This document shows, piece by piece, positions 7,116 to 16,515 of a stretch of 45,615 bases of DNA (position 1 is its first letter; each line of letters opens with the position of its first letter). Source of the DNA: Candidatus Micrarchaeota archaeon (GTDB lineage: Archaea > Micrarchaeota > Micrarchaeia > Micrarchaeales > CABMGC01); the NCBI GenBank assembly GCA_023270015.1, contig JAGDXZ010000030.1, forward strand, positions 1 to 45,615, given 5' to 3'. The notes below the pieces were generated by a model. The model was not told the origin of the DNA. It did not search any database and saw only the letters and a list, made by a program, of their open reading frames with translations. Both the position numbers and the translations under genes were made by a program.

Positions 7116-10100
7116 GTCGAACTGCCTCTGCAAAGGCTTTGCTGCTTCTTGCTTTTTCTCTCTTTCTGCTTCGTTTTCCTCCTTAGGCAAGGTAACGCTA
7201 CCAAACACCTGTTCTATCTCATCCTTTAGAAGCTGGAGCCTTTGCTTGGTATATACATCAATGTTATACTTCTCAGCAAGGCCTATAGCAACCCACAGAT
7301 ATTTCTCTATGCCTCCTTTGGAGATTGTAAGCAGGAGCTTGCCTCCGCACTTTGTGCATTTGCCAGTTAGAGGCACCCGCCTGTATTTTGCATTGCACAC
7401 GGCGCAGCGGAACTGTTGCTTTGAGAATGAATGCAGATTGCCCATAAGATCTGGGATGAAATGGCTGAGTATAAGCCTCTTAGCTGCATCACGCTTGTCA
7501 ATGGAATAGAGCATATCTATCAGCTTGAACTCGGCATCAATTTTTTCCTGCATTGATTTGAGAAGAACATACTTGCTTCTTTTCGGCGCGCTCACTATTG
7601 CGTTTATACTAGACTCGTGCGTAAAGCCCAAGCTAGCATAGGCCTGCTCTCCGCCAAGCCTTGACTCTACAATATCTAGCTTGACATCTCCCGGCATTGC
7701 CTGCGCATTGGTTTTTTCATAGAACTCAAGCGGATAGCTCGTTTCGAGCTCCATTGAATATACTTCATCATCAACCTCTTCTGGAAACACGTGCGTTGTA
7801 AGCAGAAGTGGTGCATCCATCGTTCCCCCGATGCTTGCAGGCAAGTATCGCCTTGAGAAGTTGAGAAGGGCGTCGAGCAGAAGCATAGTAGTGTCTTCGT
7901 CGCCGTCTGTGTTCCTCCTTCTTGCTGAAATTGTATAAGGATGTGCAAACCCTACGTTGGCTTCTGTTATGCCCACTACTCTATTGAGCACTGCGCAAGA
8001 AGTGTGCGGCGAAAGCGTTATTACCAAATGCCCTATAAGATCTTCGGGCGCATGTATGTTGTAGAACCTTGGCAGGCCGTAGTACCTTTCTAGCAGGTCG
8101 TCTACAAACTGTGCGACTTTGACAAAGTACTCTGCACCCCTTCTGTTGAGTATTACGTCCTGGTGCCTAAGCTCTACCAGCTGCTCCTCGCTAGTAAGCG
8201 CATTGCCTAGATAATCCTTGTCATAGCCCAGCTCCCTAAGCTTTTCCACGCTCACATGCATCTCTTTAGGATAGAAATGGGTTATCGGAGCGTCGGTAGC
8301 ATCAAACCTTATGGTTCCGTCTTTGAATACATACACGTCATGCATTGCGCGGAGTATGCCTTTCTCTATCGACTCTGCAATCTTGTCCTTGTTAATAAGC
8401 CCCTTTACCCCTTTAACGAGCTTTGGGACTTGGCTAAGCCCTAGCCTCTTCAAAGCACCTGATAGCATCTTGCTTATGTCTATATCTATCTCTCCATAGG
8501 TCTTGCCTGCTTCGTCTGGCTCAACATATGTAGGCACGCCGCAATCGTAGCAGAAAGGAGTGCCAACTATTCTTTTGCAGACTGGGCACTTGTATCTTGC
8601 GATCTCAACCGTTATTTCCTGCTTTGTGAAGCCTTCAGCCTGCTTTGCAGAAGCCACAACTACATTCCTGTCCCTTCCTCCGAAGCTGCTTATCGGAAAC
8701 AGGGCGTTTGGCGCGGGCTTCATCAACCTTTCCCTTGCTTTCTCAGGCCTTCCTATCCTTGCGCCAATGAAGGTTGACCTTTTAGGGAGTTTGACAGGAG
8801 AAACGGCATTAACGGCATCAAGCGCACTGCTTGCTTTCTCTATAGCATCCAGCAATCTTTGAAGCTTACTGGTAACATGCATCTCGTCATCGACGAAGCC
8901 TAGGGAAATAAGCAGGCTTTTGGCATAGCCCCCTTCTATTACCATCTTTCCTTCGCGGATCCTGTGCGGCACAGCCAAAAGCTCAAGTACAGATTTAACA
9001 TCCTTATTGTATTCAAGGGCAAGGCTCTCTATGCTGTCAAGCCTTTCATTTGGCAGTTGGCTTGAGATCGCGTTGGCGAGCAGAGAAAGCTCAGCAAGAG
9101 TAATCGCCTGAAATTCAAACAAGAACCTTGGATGCATCGGCACTCCATACTTCATAGAATAGGAAAGCGCAGTGTCAAAGTCCATATCCCGAATTTCATT
9201 GTAGCTGAGTTCTATTCCTTTAGACCTTAACTCTGCCTGCCAAAATTCTTCCACGTAGCTGCTAGGCTGCAACTGCGTGTTCGTTTTTCTAAAGTCCCCA
9301 AAGGTAATCAGAATGTCGCCAACGTAGAGAATTTCATCAACGTTGTCCTTCAGGGCATAAGCCTCTTCGGCAGAGTTTATTCTTAATGCATCGCCATTTT
9401 TGAGCCTTACAAACGGCCCTTCGATGGAATCTACAGGCATTGCTACACAGCCTTTTCCAGGCAGCTCCACTTTAAGCTGTGTACCAATTGCGATGAACTC
9501 ATCAAGCAGCACCATGGAAGCAGGGCTAAACCCTTTAGCGGCTATGCCTGTGAGCCTGCTTCTGCCATATCTGAGCCTAAACCCTCCAACATGCCTTGGA
9601 TAAGCAAGAATAGGCCTGCCTGCTACAAGCTCCTCCAAAAAGCCTTCATAAACGTCAGTTACCTCCTGCTGCACTGTTGGTTTCTCAACCTTTATCACAT
9701 TGTTAAGCCAGCTCCAATCTAGGCCTACTTTTTTGGTTTCTCTGAGAACGCTCTTTGCCTTCTGTATTATGCTGCTCACAACCAGTGGCACGCCGCTCCT
9801 TATTCTATTTTCTAGCTGGACTGTGCGGCCATCTGCCCTTCTGCGCTGTATGTTCGTGTGCACACTTACTTCCAGCTTTTCGCTCGCTATGCCATCTATG
9901 CAAACTCCGCAATTTTCCAATACAACATGCATCTCGTCCTCGCTTGGCATGTATTGAAGCCTTGCAATTTCTGAGTTGTAGAGGGTAATTTCTTCAATAT
10001 ACCTGCCTATCTCTTCTTGAGTCGCCTTGTAGGAGCTTATGCCGAAAAACTTCCTTGCATAATCTGCCAGCGCTACTGAAAGGGCTACAGAAGTGCCGCC

Positions 10101-10529
10101 TGCGCTCCTTATAGGCCCTGCATATACTAAAGCGATATAATCAGAATTATCCGGGTTCTTGTAATAGGCAATATCCTGTATGCCTTCTGTAGGCGCCACC
10201 AAAATTCCTTCAGTTAGTATTGCCACGCCAGTCCTCACTGCCAGCAGGATTCTTTTTATTTTGTCGTAAGAATCGAATTTCTCGTTTGTACAAATCTCCT
10301 TCACCATTTCAAACGCAAGTTCGCTTCTGCTTCTGCCATCCATTTTTGACTTTATGAGGTCAGCCAAGCCGCTTACACCGATAAGCCCTTCTACCCTGTC
10401 TGCAATACCGGGCGCAGGTACAATCTCAACATCATTGCTTGCATCTAACCCCTTCGCCCTTGCTTCTTTCGCCAGTTTGTAAGCTTTGTCAAATTCCTTA
10501 TCAAGCATCGAAAAGTATTCTTGAATCAT
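7098..10529 (-). CDS. polC: DNA polymerase II (PolD) large subunit DP2
   Basis: 1143 aa. The N-terminus (YF..L..EFDKAYKLAKEARAKGLD...VEI.PA..IADRVEGLIG), the Cys clusters (CPVCKR...CYDCG; CAVCNAKYRRVPLTGKCTKCGG) and the overall length fit DP2. There is an ATGA overlap with DP1. Confidence 0.95.
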   Translation of the reverse strand: MIQEYFSMLDKEFDKAYKLAKEARAKGLDASNDVEIVPAPGIADRVEGLIGVSGLADLIKSKMDGRSRSELAFEMVKEICTNEKFDSYDKIKRILLAVRTGVAILTEGILVAPTEGIQDIAYYKNPDNSDYIALVYAGPIRSAGGTSVALSVALADYARKFFGISSYKATQEEIGRYIEEITLYNSEIARLQYMPSEDEMHVVLENCGVCIDGIASEKLEVSVHTNIQRRRADGRTVQLENRIRSGVPLVVSSIIQKAKSVLRETKKVGLDWSWLNNVIKVEKPTVQQEVTDVYEGFLEELVAGRPILAYPRHVGGFRLRYGRSRLTGIAAKGFSPASMVLLDEFIAIGTQLKVELPGKGCVAMPVDSIEGPFVRLKNGDALRINSAEEAYALKDNVDEILYVGDILITFGDFRKTNTQLQPSSYVEEFWQAELRSKGIELSYNEIRDMDFDTALSYSMKYGVPMHPRFLFEFQAITLAELSLLANAISSQLPNERLDSIESLALEYNKDVKSVLELLAVPHRIREGKMVIEGGYAKSLLISLGFVDDEMHVTSKLQRLLDAIEKASSALDAVNAVSPVKLPKRSTFIGARIGRPEKARERLMKPAPNALFPISSFGGRDRNVVVASAKQAEGFTKQEITVEIARYKCPVCKRIVGTPFCYDCGVPTYVEPDEAGKTYGEIDIDISKMLSGALKRLGLSQVPKLVKGVKGLINKDKIAESIEKGILRAMHDVYVFKDGTIRFDATDAPITHFYPKEMHVSVEKLRELGYDKDYLGNALTSEEQLVELRHQDVILNRRGAEYFVKVAQFVDDLLERYYGLPRFYNIHAPEDLIGHLVITLSPHTSCAVLNRVVGITEANVGFAHPYTISARRRNTDGDEDTTMLLLDALLNFSRRYLPASIGGTMDAPLLLTTHVFPEEVDDEVYSMELETSYPLEFYEKTNAQAMPGDVKLDIVESRLGGEQAYASLGFTHESSINAIVSAPKRSKYVLLKSMQEKIDAEFKLIDMLYSIDKRDAAKRLILSHFIPDLMGNLHSFSKQQFRCAVCNAKYRRVPLTGKCTKCGGKLLLTISKGGIEKYLWVAIGLAEKYNIDVYTKQRLQLLKDEIEQVFGSVTLPKEENEAEREKKQEAAKPLQRQFDLSAFV

Positions 10530-12025
10530 ATAACCAGCCTGTTGAAATCGATCACATTCAGATTTCTGGACTTGGCTTCATATACGGGCAAGATCGCAGG
10601 GGTAGGTATGTGTCCTTGCTTTATTTGATAAGCAGTCCTGGCCTGCCAAGTGCCGCCATTTAGCACAAGCGTACCGTGATAGTCTATAGCGCCGTTTTTA
10701 TGTATGTGCCCCATAGCCAGTATGTCTGGTATTCTGTCTATTACTAGGTCATCGTCCTTACCTGGCACTATCGGGTTGGTGCCGTAGATTGGGGAAAGGT
10801 GCCTTCTCCTCAGCAGCTCGACCATGGCTTCTTCAGGTCTGCTATAGCTGCAGCCTCGAACGCTGCTTATTATGGAATCTAGCGAGGCGCCATGGTATGC
10901 AAGCACGAGCAAGTCTTGAAGCTCCAGCCATGCCGGGTTTGTTACCAAATGGACGTTACCGGTATTGTACTTTGCAAGCTCTCTATCTAGCTCCGGCTGC
11001 GGCTCTGCCCTCCTAACTCCATCATGGTTGCCTGGCAACACAAATACTTCTATGCCATCAGGTATTTGTTTGATGAGCTCGAAAAACATAGCGTATTGGG
11101 CGTATATGTCGCTCACAAGCAGTTCCTTTTCTTGACCTGGATAAACACCAACTCCGTCTACCAAGTCGCCCGTTATCACTACATAGCTAACCTTCTCTGC
11201 AAGCTCTTTCATGTAGTCTAGCCTATGATTTAGCCACTCTAGCATTTTGTTAAATTGCTTTTCCAAGAATAGCTTATGACCTACATGCGTATCGGTAATA
11301 AAAGCTACTGCAAAATCTTCCTTGCTTTGCTTCCTAGTCCTTATAGGTATGTCTGGCCATGAAAAATAGTTTGCAATAAGAAGCCCTTTCGAAACCTTGC
11401 CTTTTACAAGAACCACATCATCTTTTGTTATTTTTGCTGCCTGCTCAAAAACTAGCCTTTGATCCGGCCTAGTCTCTCTGACGTTTTCTTGTGGCTTGGC
11501 AAACAATACATTTACCGAGCCAGTAGTGTCTTCTAATGTAATTAGTATGTGGCCGTTCTTTGTGAACCTCCTTTCATACACCATGCCTATTACACTCACT
11601 TCCCTTCCGGCCACAAATCCTTCAAGGTTGGCTATGTCTGTTGTGCCATAGCTGCGGCTTTCAGTCATTATGCGCTTGAGCTTTTCAAAACGATTGTTAA
11701 AGTAGTTTATGAAAGAGTTGGAGGAGGATTCGGAGTATTCTATCCTTGCGTTAGCATATTTGTATGTCTTTTGCTTTTCAGCATGCACCGCTTCAGATTT
11801 TATAGGCGCGACGGGTTTTGGTATTTTGGGCTCTGTTGCTTGTTTTATTATCTCCACAAGCGTCTGCTTATCCAGCACCTTGAGTCCCTGCCTGTCAGAG
11901 AAATAACTTTCGATAAGCTTTGAAAGGTAAAAAACGTCAATATTGCGTATTTCTGAATCAGTTATGTCTGCGCCCACTAGCACTTTGCCTTGTAATAGCC
12001 TAGAAAGTTCTGCAACACTCCCCAT
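10526..12025 (-). CDS. polB: DNA polymerase II (PolD) small subunit DP1 (exonuclease)
   Basis: Calcineurin-like phosphoesterase motifs FITDTHVG, ITGDLVDGVG, LPGNHD and GHIH, plus an OB-fold-like middle region. It sits immediately upstream of DP2. Confidence 0.9.
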   Translation of the reverse strand: MGSVAELSRLLQGKVLVGADITDSEIRNIDVFYLSKLIESYFSDRQGLKVLDKQTLVEIIKQATEPKIPKPVAPIKSEAVHAEKQKTYKYANARIEYSESSSNSFINYFNNRFEKLKRIMTESRSYGTTDIANLEGFVAGREVSVIGMVYERRFTKNGHILITLEDTTGSVNVLFAKPQENVRETRPDQRLVFEQAAKITKDDVVLVKGKVSKGLLIANYFSWPDIPIRTRKQSKEDFAVAFITDTHVGHKLFLEKQFNKMLEWLNHRLDYMKELAEKVSYVVITGDLVDGVGVYPGQEKELLVSDIYAQYAMFFELIKQIPDGIEVFVLPGNHDGVRRAEPQPELDRELAKYNTGNVHLVTNPAWLELQDLLVLAYHGASLDSIISSVRGCSYSRPEEAMVELLRRRHLSPIYGTNPIVPGKDDDLVIDRIPDILAMGHIHKNGAIDYHGTLVLNGGTWQARTAYQIKQGHIPTPAILPVYEAKSRNLNVIDFNRLVI

Positions 12026-12150
12026 ACAACCAATTTTTTGCTTTTGGTTAATATAAAAATATTCTTGCGTTTACATTTACACAGCTACGCACATCTTTGC
12101 GAAATCTCGCAAGGCAAAAGGCTATAAGGCTTTTGAGAGAAATAGCAATT

Positions 12151-12633
12151 ATGCCACTCAAACTGCAAAGCGCAATGGAGTACCTCATGACTTATGGCTG
12201 GGCAATTCTCATTATAGCTGTTGCTCTTGGAGCCCTTTATGGGCTTGGTGTATTTAGCCCAGGAAGGTTCCTTGGCTCTCAATGCCTACTGCCTGCTGGA
12301 TTTTCTTGTCCCTCTCTATCTATGAGCTCAAACGGCCTTCTAACTATAAACCTACTCCAAGCCACTGATGCCCCTATAAACATAACCGCATATGGTTGCA
12401 ATACAAACTCCACTATTATAAACATGCAAACTCCGTATAATCCTCCCTCAAATCAAATAACACTACAAATAGGTGCTAATTACACATTCACCGTTCAATG
12501 CTATTCTGGGGCTTCGCCATTCTCTGGCAGCCCAGGGACCGACTTCAACGGCTACCTTATTATAAACTATACAAACCTCATAACGGGCTTTCCGCAAACA
12601 ATTACTGGCAAACTGTTCGTAAGAATAGCATAG
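12151..12633 (+). CDS. class III signal peptide (type IV pilin-like) protein
   Basis: MPLKLQSAMEYLMTYGWAILIIAVALG prepilin motif, paired Cys residues and several N-x-S/T sequons. I chose the ATG at 12151 over the TTG at 12097. Confidence 0.65.
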   Translation: MPLKLQSAMEYLMTYGWAILIIAVALGALYGLGVFSPGRFLGSQCLLPAGFSCPSLSMSSNGLLTINLLQATDAPINITAYGCNTNSTIINMQTPYNPPSNQITLQIGANYTFTVQCYSGASPFSGSPGTDFNGYLIINYTNLITGFPQTITGKLFVRIA

Positions 12634-15057
12634 CTATTCGCACTTTGTATAGCCGCAGTTCTTGCATATGTAGCAGCCATTTTCATATACTAGCGTCTTT
12701 TCCCCACAAACAGGGCACACTGATGGCTCTATCTCTTCTGCTTGGCCTGCCTCTGCCTTTGTATTAACATTTTCCTTTCCTTCCCCGCTCTTTACTCCCT
12801 CTTCTGAAGATACCTGCAATTGATGCCCTAATGCGCTACTATCCTCTGCTTTTGTCGCTTCTTTCAGAGATCCTGTTGCAAACGTTGCTGCACCGATTGC
12901 TATTTCTATCGCCTTTGCAATAGCATCAGGCACACTATAAAGCTTAAGCCCTTTATACCAAGTTATAGAATCATTGGCTCTTATGCCCTTGAGGCTCTTA
13001 AGCACGTTGTCTATGCTGCCTCCAGCCTGCAAATACCTGCTTATAAGCCTGCCTATCGCTTCACAGTAGCTCTTTTCCTGGCTTCCGCCACGCCCCATGT
13101 TGGCGAATACCTCTTTCACGTTGCCTCCTTCGTCAAAATTGACTGTGACATAAAGAGAGCCCTGAGGCAAAACCATCTTTACAGTCTTACCTACCATTGT
13201 CTCAGGCCTTTCCCATGTCTGAGTCTTTGATTGTTGTTCTTCTTTTTTGCTGGATTCAAGGCTAAGAATATCTTCCCTAGAGCCTTCTCTATACACGGTT
13301 ATGCTTTTGCAGCCGGTCTTCCATGCTAGCATGTATATTTCTCCTACCGCCTCTTCAGATATGTCTCTAGGAAGGTTGACTGTTGATGAGATGCCGCTAT
13401 CTACGTGCTTCTGTATAGTAGCTTGAAGCTTTACCCTAAAGGCAGGTTCTATTTTATAAGCAGGAACAAAATAATCAGGAAGCTCTTCCTCGCTTTCTAT
13501 TCCGGCAAAAGCCATGTATTGCTTTACTAAAGGATGATACACTTTGAATTCCCCTTTGCTCAAAGATTCAGACCTTCTGGTGTAGGAAAATGCGAAGATG
13601 GGTTCTATGCCGCTACTTGTACCTGCAAGCACAGACCCGCTTCCAACAGGCGGCACTGTCAATATTGCCACATTTCTGAGCCCGTACTCTGCTATCTTCT
13701 TCTTTAGCTCATCATTAAGCCTCTGCACAAAAGGCCTTGAAAGGTGCTTATCTTTGTCGAATAGAGGGAAAGGCCCTTTCTCCTTTGCAAGCTCTGTGCT
13801 CTGGTCATAAGCCCAGTTTTTAATCTTTTCAAACAGCTCGTCAGCAAACTTTAGCGCTTCTTCGGAGTCGTACTTTATTCTAAGCTTTGCAAACATGTCG
13901 GCCAAGCCAGTAAAGCCTAGCCCTATCCTTCTGGTGTTCTTTGCTGCTTCTGCTTGGGCCTTGAGTGGGTGCAAAGGTTCGTTGTAATCAAGCACATCGT
14001 CCAAGAACCTAACGCCGATACGTACTGTTTTCTCTAAAGCTTCCCAATCAACACTTGCTTTTTCAGTAAAAGGATCTTTAACAAAAACAGAAAGATTGAT
14101 GTTGCCAAGGTCGCAAGCTCCGTAGTTTTGTAAAGGTTGCTCTGCGCAAGGGTTTGTTGTGACGATCTCCATTCCGTTATATTCGCTAGGGGACTCTCTC
14201 TTCATCGTGTCCCAGAACATTATGCCTGGCTCTGCCCATTTCCAAGCAGAATGGATGAGCTCATTCCATATCGCCCTTGCCTTCACCTTCTTTTCTACCC
14301 TTCCTATAACATTGTTTTCATACCACAGCGTGAAATCCTCGTCGTTTTCCACCGCCTTCATGAATTCGTCAGTAACGCGCACGCTGATGTTGGCGTATCT
14401 CACCTTTTCAAGGTTCTGCTTTACGTGTATGAAATCAAAAATGTCTGGATGGTCGACCCTAATTGTTATCATCAAGGCGCCGCGCCTTCCTGCTTGGCCT
14501 ATTGTGTGGGTTGTTTCACTCAGGAGCTCCATGAAGGATACAGAACCTGTGGAGAAGAGAGCTGCGTTGTGCACAGGCGTGCCTTTTGGCCTGAGAATGC
14601 TTATGTCTGTGCCTACGCCGCCACCATAGGAATAGGTTCTCGCTGCCTCTTTGCACCAGTCGAATATGCCTTCGATAGAGTCCTCTTTTATTGCAATTAC
14701 ATAGCAGTTAATTAGCGTTGCTCTTCGCTTTTGCTGGCCAGCACCAAACATTATTCTGCCGCCTGGCACAAACCTGAAATCGGTAAGAAGCCAAAGAAAA
14801 TCATTGTATGCCTTCTCTCTTGCTTCTTGATTGGCTTCCACCCCAGAAATAGCTTTGGCGATTCTTTCCCACATCTCTACTGGCGTCTTTTCAAGAGCAT
14901 TGCCTTGCTCGTCTTTAAGTGCGTATTTCTCAAAAAATACTCTAGCTCTTATTTCATCCCCGCCAAAGAAGTCGAGAGTTTCCTGAGGGATAGATTTAGG
15001 GCCTGGCTCTCTATTTACTGCCTCGGCAAAAGCATCTTGCTCTTCATCAGCAGCCAT
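12634..15057 (-). CDS. nrdJ: adenosylcobalamin-dependent (class II) ribonucleotide reductase
   Basis: Motifs TNPCAEQPL and RRIGLGFTGLADM, with a C-terminal Zn-ribbon CPVCGEKTLVYENGCYICKNCG. At 807 aa it is intein-free in size. Confidence 0.9.
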   Translation of the reverse strand: MAADEEQDAFAEAVNREPGPKSIPQETLDFFGGDEIRARVFFEKYALKDEQGNALEKTPVEMWERIAKAISGVEANQEAREKAYNDFLWLLTDFRFVPGGRIMFGAGQQKRRATLINCYVIAIKEDSIEGIFDWCKEAARTYSYGGGVGTDISILRPKGTPVHNAALFSTGSVSFMELLSETTHTIGQAGRRGALMITIRVDHPDIFDFIHVKQNLEKVRYANISVRVTDEFMKAVENDEDFTLWYENNVIGRVEKKVKARAIWNELIHSAWKWAEPGIMFWDTMKRESPSEYNGMEIVTTNPCAEQPLQNYGACDLGNINLSVFVKDPFTEKASVDWEALEKTVRIGVRFLDDVLDYNEPLHPLKAQAEAAKNTRRIGLGFTGLADMFAKLRIKYDSEEALKFADELFEKIKNWAYDQSTELAKEKGPFPLFDKDKHLSRPFVQRLNDELKKKIAEYGLRNVAILTVPPVGSGSVLAGTSSGIEPIFAFSYTRRSESLSKGEFKVYHPLVKQYMAFAGIESEEELPDYFVPAYKIEPAFRVKLQATIQKHVDSGISSTVNLPRDISEEAVGEIYMLAWKTGCKSITVYREGSREDILSLESSKKEEQQSKTQTWERPETMVGKTVKMVLPQGSLYVTVNFDEGGNVKEVFANMGRGGSQEKSYCEAIGRLISRYLQAGGSIDNVLKSLKGIRANDSITWYKGLKLYSVPDAIAKAIEIAIGAATFATGSLKEATKAEDSSALGHQLQVSSEEGVKSGEGKENVNTKAEAGQAEEIEPSVCPVCGEKTLVYENGCYICKNCGYTKCE

Positions 15058-15115
15058 AAAAATCGCCTATTGGTAAGCTCAGTAAAATCTTATTTAAGTT
15101 ATTGATCAGCTTTGC

Positions 15116-15143
15116 AAAAGGCACTACAAGACCTTTGCCTTTT
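15116..15143 (-). terminator. hairpin with U-run downstream of pilin gene 15149-15631
   Basis: AAAAGGCA (15116-15123) and TGCCTTTT (15136-15143) form a perfect 8-bp inverted repeat with a 12-nt loop. It starts 6 nt after the stop codon. Confidence 0.35.
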
Positions 15144-15148
15144 CTACA

Positions 15149-15631
15149 CTAGCTTACTGTGACAGTCGCGCTGCCAGAGGTGTTGTAGGCATAGTTGCTA
15201 CAAACATTGTTTGGACAGAGATAATACTTTATAGTAAAGGCAGGATAGACCTGTGTGCCTGGGCTAAACCTCAATCCAGGCATTATGACATTGCAAGTAA
15301 CCAATGCGGTGTTTATTGCGTTTACAGGCAGGCAATTGCCGGTGTAGTTAGATGAGGCGAGCGTAGGTTTAAATATTATCGAGTTAGCAGGAAAACTCAT
15401 CTTCGTGCCTAGCTGGTTTGTAAATTGAACCACCGCAAAGGAACCAATCGAATTGGAAGAAAGATAGGCAGCTATGCAGGGAAGCTCAGGAGAGATATAG
15501 CAAGAAGAAGGAGCGTAAGTGCTTACACCTTTAGACGATACGAAAACGAAGACTATACTTATAAACAAGGCGATGATTATAAATGCCCAACCGTATACAG
15601 TGAGAAACTCCAAAGCAGACTGGGCTTGCAT
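15149..15631 (-). CDS. class III signal peptide (type IV pilin-like) protein
   Basis: MQAQSALEFLTVYGWAFIIIALF prepilin motif. The CYISPELPC and C..VNAINTALVTC Cys pattern is shared with the N-terminal domain of ORF 815-2131. Confidence 0.7.
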   Translation of the reverse strand: MQAQSALEFLTVYGWAFIIIALFISIVFVFVSSKGVSTYAPSSCYISPELPCIAAYLSSNSIGSFAVVQFTNQLGTKMSFPANSIIFKPTLASSNYTGNCLPVNAINTALVTCNVIMPGLRFSPGTQVYPAFTIKYYLCPNNVCSNYAYNTSGSATVTVS

Positions 15632-15703
15632 ATACCTACTCTATAACTTATCTTTATAAATTACCTTATATCTTTTTCTGCCTAAATCTTACTGGGATAG
15701 GAA

Positions 15704-16507
15704 TTGATAGGAATACTGTTCAATGAGAAGGATGTTGCCTCGAAAAACATTGCAGAGTACATAATTAAGCAGTACGGGTTTGAAGAAAGGCAAGACGGCG
15801 CGTTCATATCTGGAAACATAAAAGTGGTAAAAAGTGAAAAAGACCTAATATACGCAGACTTCGTAGACAATTTAGGACTAGAAATTGCCTATATGCTAAG
15901 CAAACATGTGAGCGCCGCTGGCATAAGCTCTATAACCACTCATGCAACTGGTAATTGGAATGGAGAAGCAAAATTAGGAGGTAAACCTTATGAGTTATCA
16001 ATAGCCGCGCCTGTTGAAATGCTTTCTATCCTTAGAAGCGCGGCAAATACACGCCTTAGCGAAATGGGCTTGCAAATAACCTATGAAGCCACACACCACG
16101 GTCCTTTACTCAAAACGCCTTCTCTGTTTGTAGAAATAGGGGGTAATGAGCAGGCAGTCGGTAATAAAGAATATGCCGCATTGCTCGGCGACGCCCTAAT
16201 GAGAGAGATTGATATGGAAAAGGAGTATGGCAGGGTTGTCATAGGTATAGGTGGCACCCACTATCCAGACAGGTTCTCAAAGCTCGCGAAGGAAAGAGGA
16301 TTCGCCTTTGCGCACATAATGCCAAGATACGCTTTGGAAAGCGAAGGAAGCAACTTGTTTATGCTTGAGCAGGCTGCTGAGAGAAGCAGGCTTAAGCCAG
16401 AAGCAGGGCTCATCGATTGGCATTCATTCAACTCTACCGAAAGGCAAAAAATACTTAAAAAGCTAGAAGACATAGGGTTAGATTACATAAGTACACAAAA
16501 TTTGTAG
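15704..16507 (+). CDS. dtdA: archaeal-type D-aminoacyl-tRNA deacylase
   Basis: Motifs TTHATGNW, YEATHHGP, FVEIGG and IGIGGTHY, with length ~270 aa, match the DtdA family as I recall it. TTG start. Confidence 0.8.
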   Translation: MIGILFNEKDVASKNIAEYIIKQYGFEERQDGAFISGNIKVVKSEKDLIYADFVDNLGLEIAYMLSKHVSAAGISSITTHATGNWNGEAKLGGKPYELSIAAPVEMLSILRSAANTRLSEMGLQITYEATHHGPLLKTPSLFVEIGGNEQAVGNKEYAALLGDALMREIDMEKEYGRVVIGIGGTHYPDRFSKLAKERGFAFAHIMPRYALESEGSNLFMLEQAAERSRLKPEAGLIDWHSFNSTERQKILKKLEDIGLDYISTQNL

Positions 16508-16515
16508 TTGGTAGC

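Noticed and set aside
12026-12150. Replication origin next to the PolD operon (as in Pyrococcus, where oriC/cdc6 precede DP1-DP2)
   Set aside because: The spacer is only 125 bp with a palindromic TATA-like AATATAAAAATATT and a 4-bp hairpin. It has no repeated ORB-like boxes, no cdc6/orc1 gene and no extended AT-rich DUE.
14137-14715. 192-aa and 156-aa plus-strand ORFs inside nrdJ, and similar long antisense ORFs inside DP2, DP1, AglB, thermosome and ACD
   Set aside because: These are shadow ORFs opposite strongly recognisable genes. They have no motifs and odd composition.
7098-15057. Inteins in PolD DP2/DP1 or in the ribonucleotide reductase
   Set aside because: The lengths (1143, 499 and 807 aa) fit intein-free homologs. 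I saw no interruption of the conserved blocks and no homing-endonuclease-like insert.
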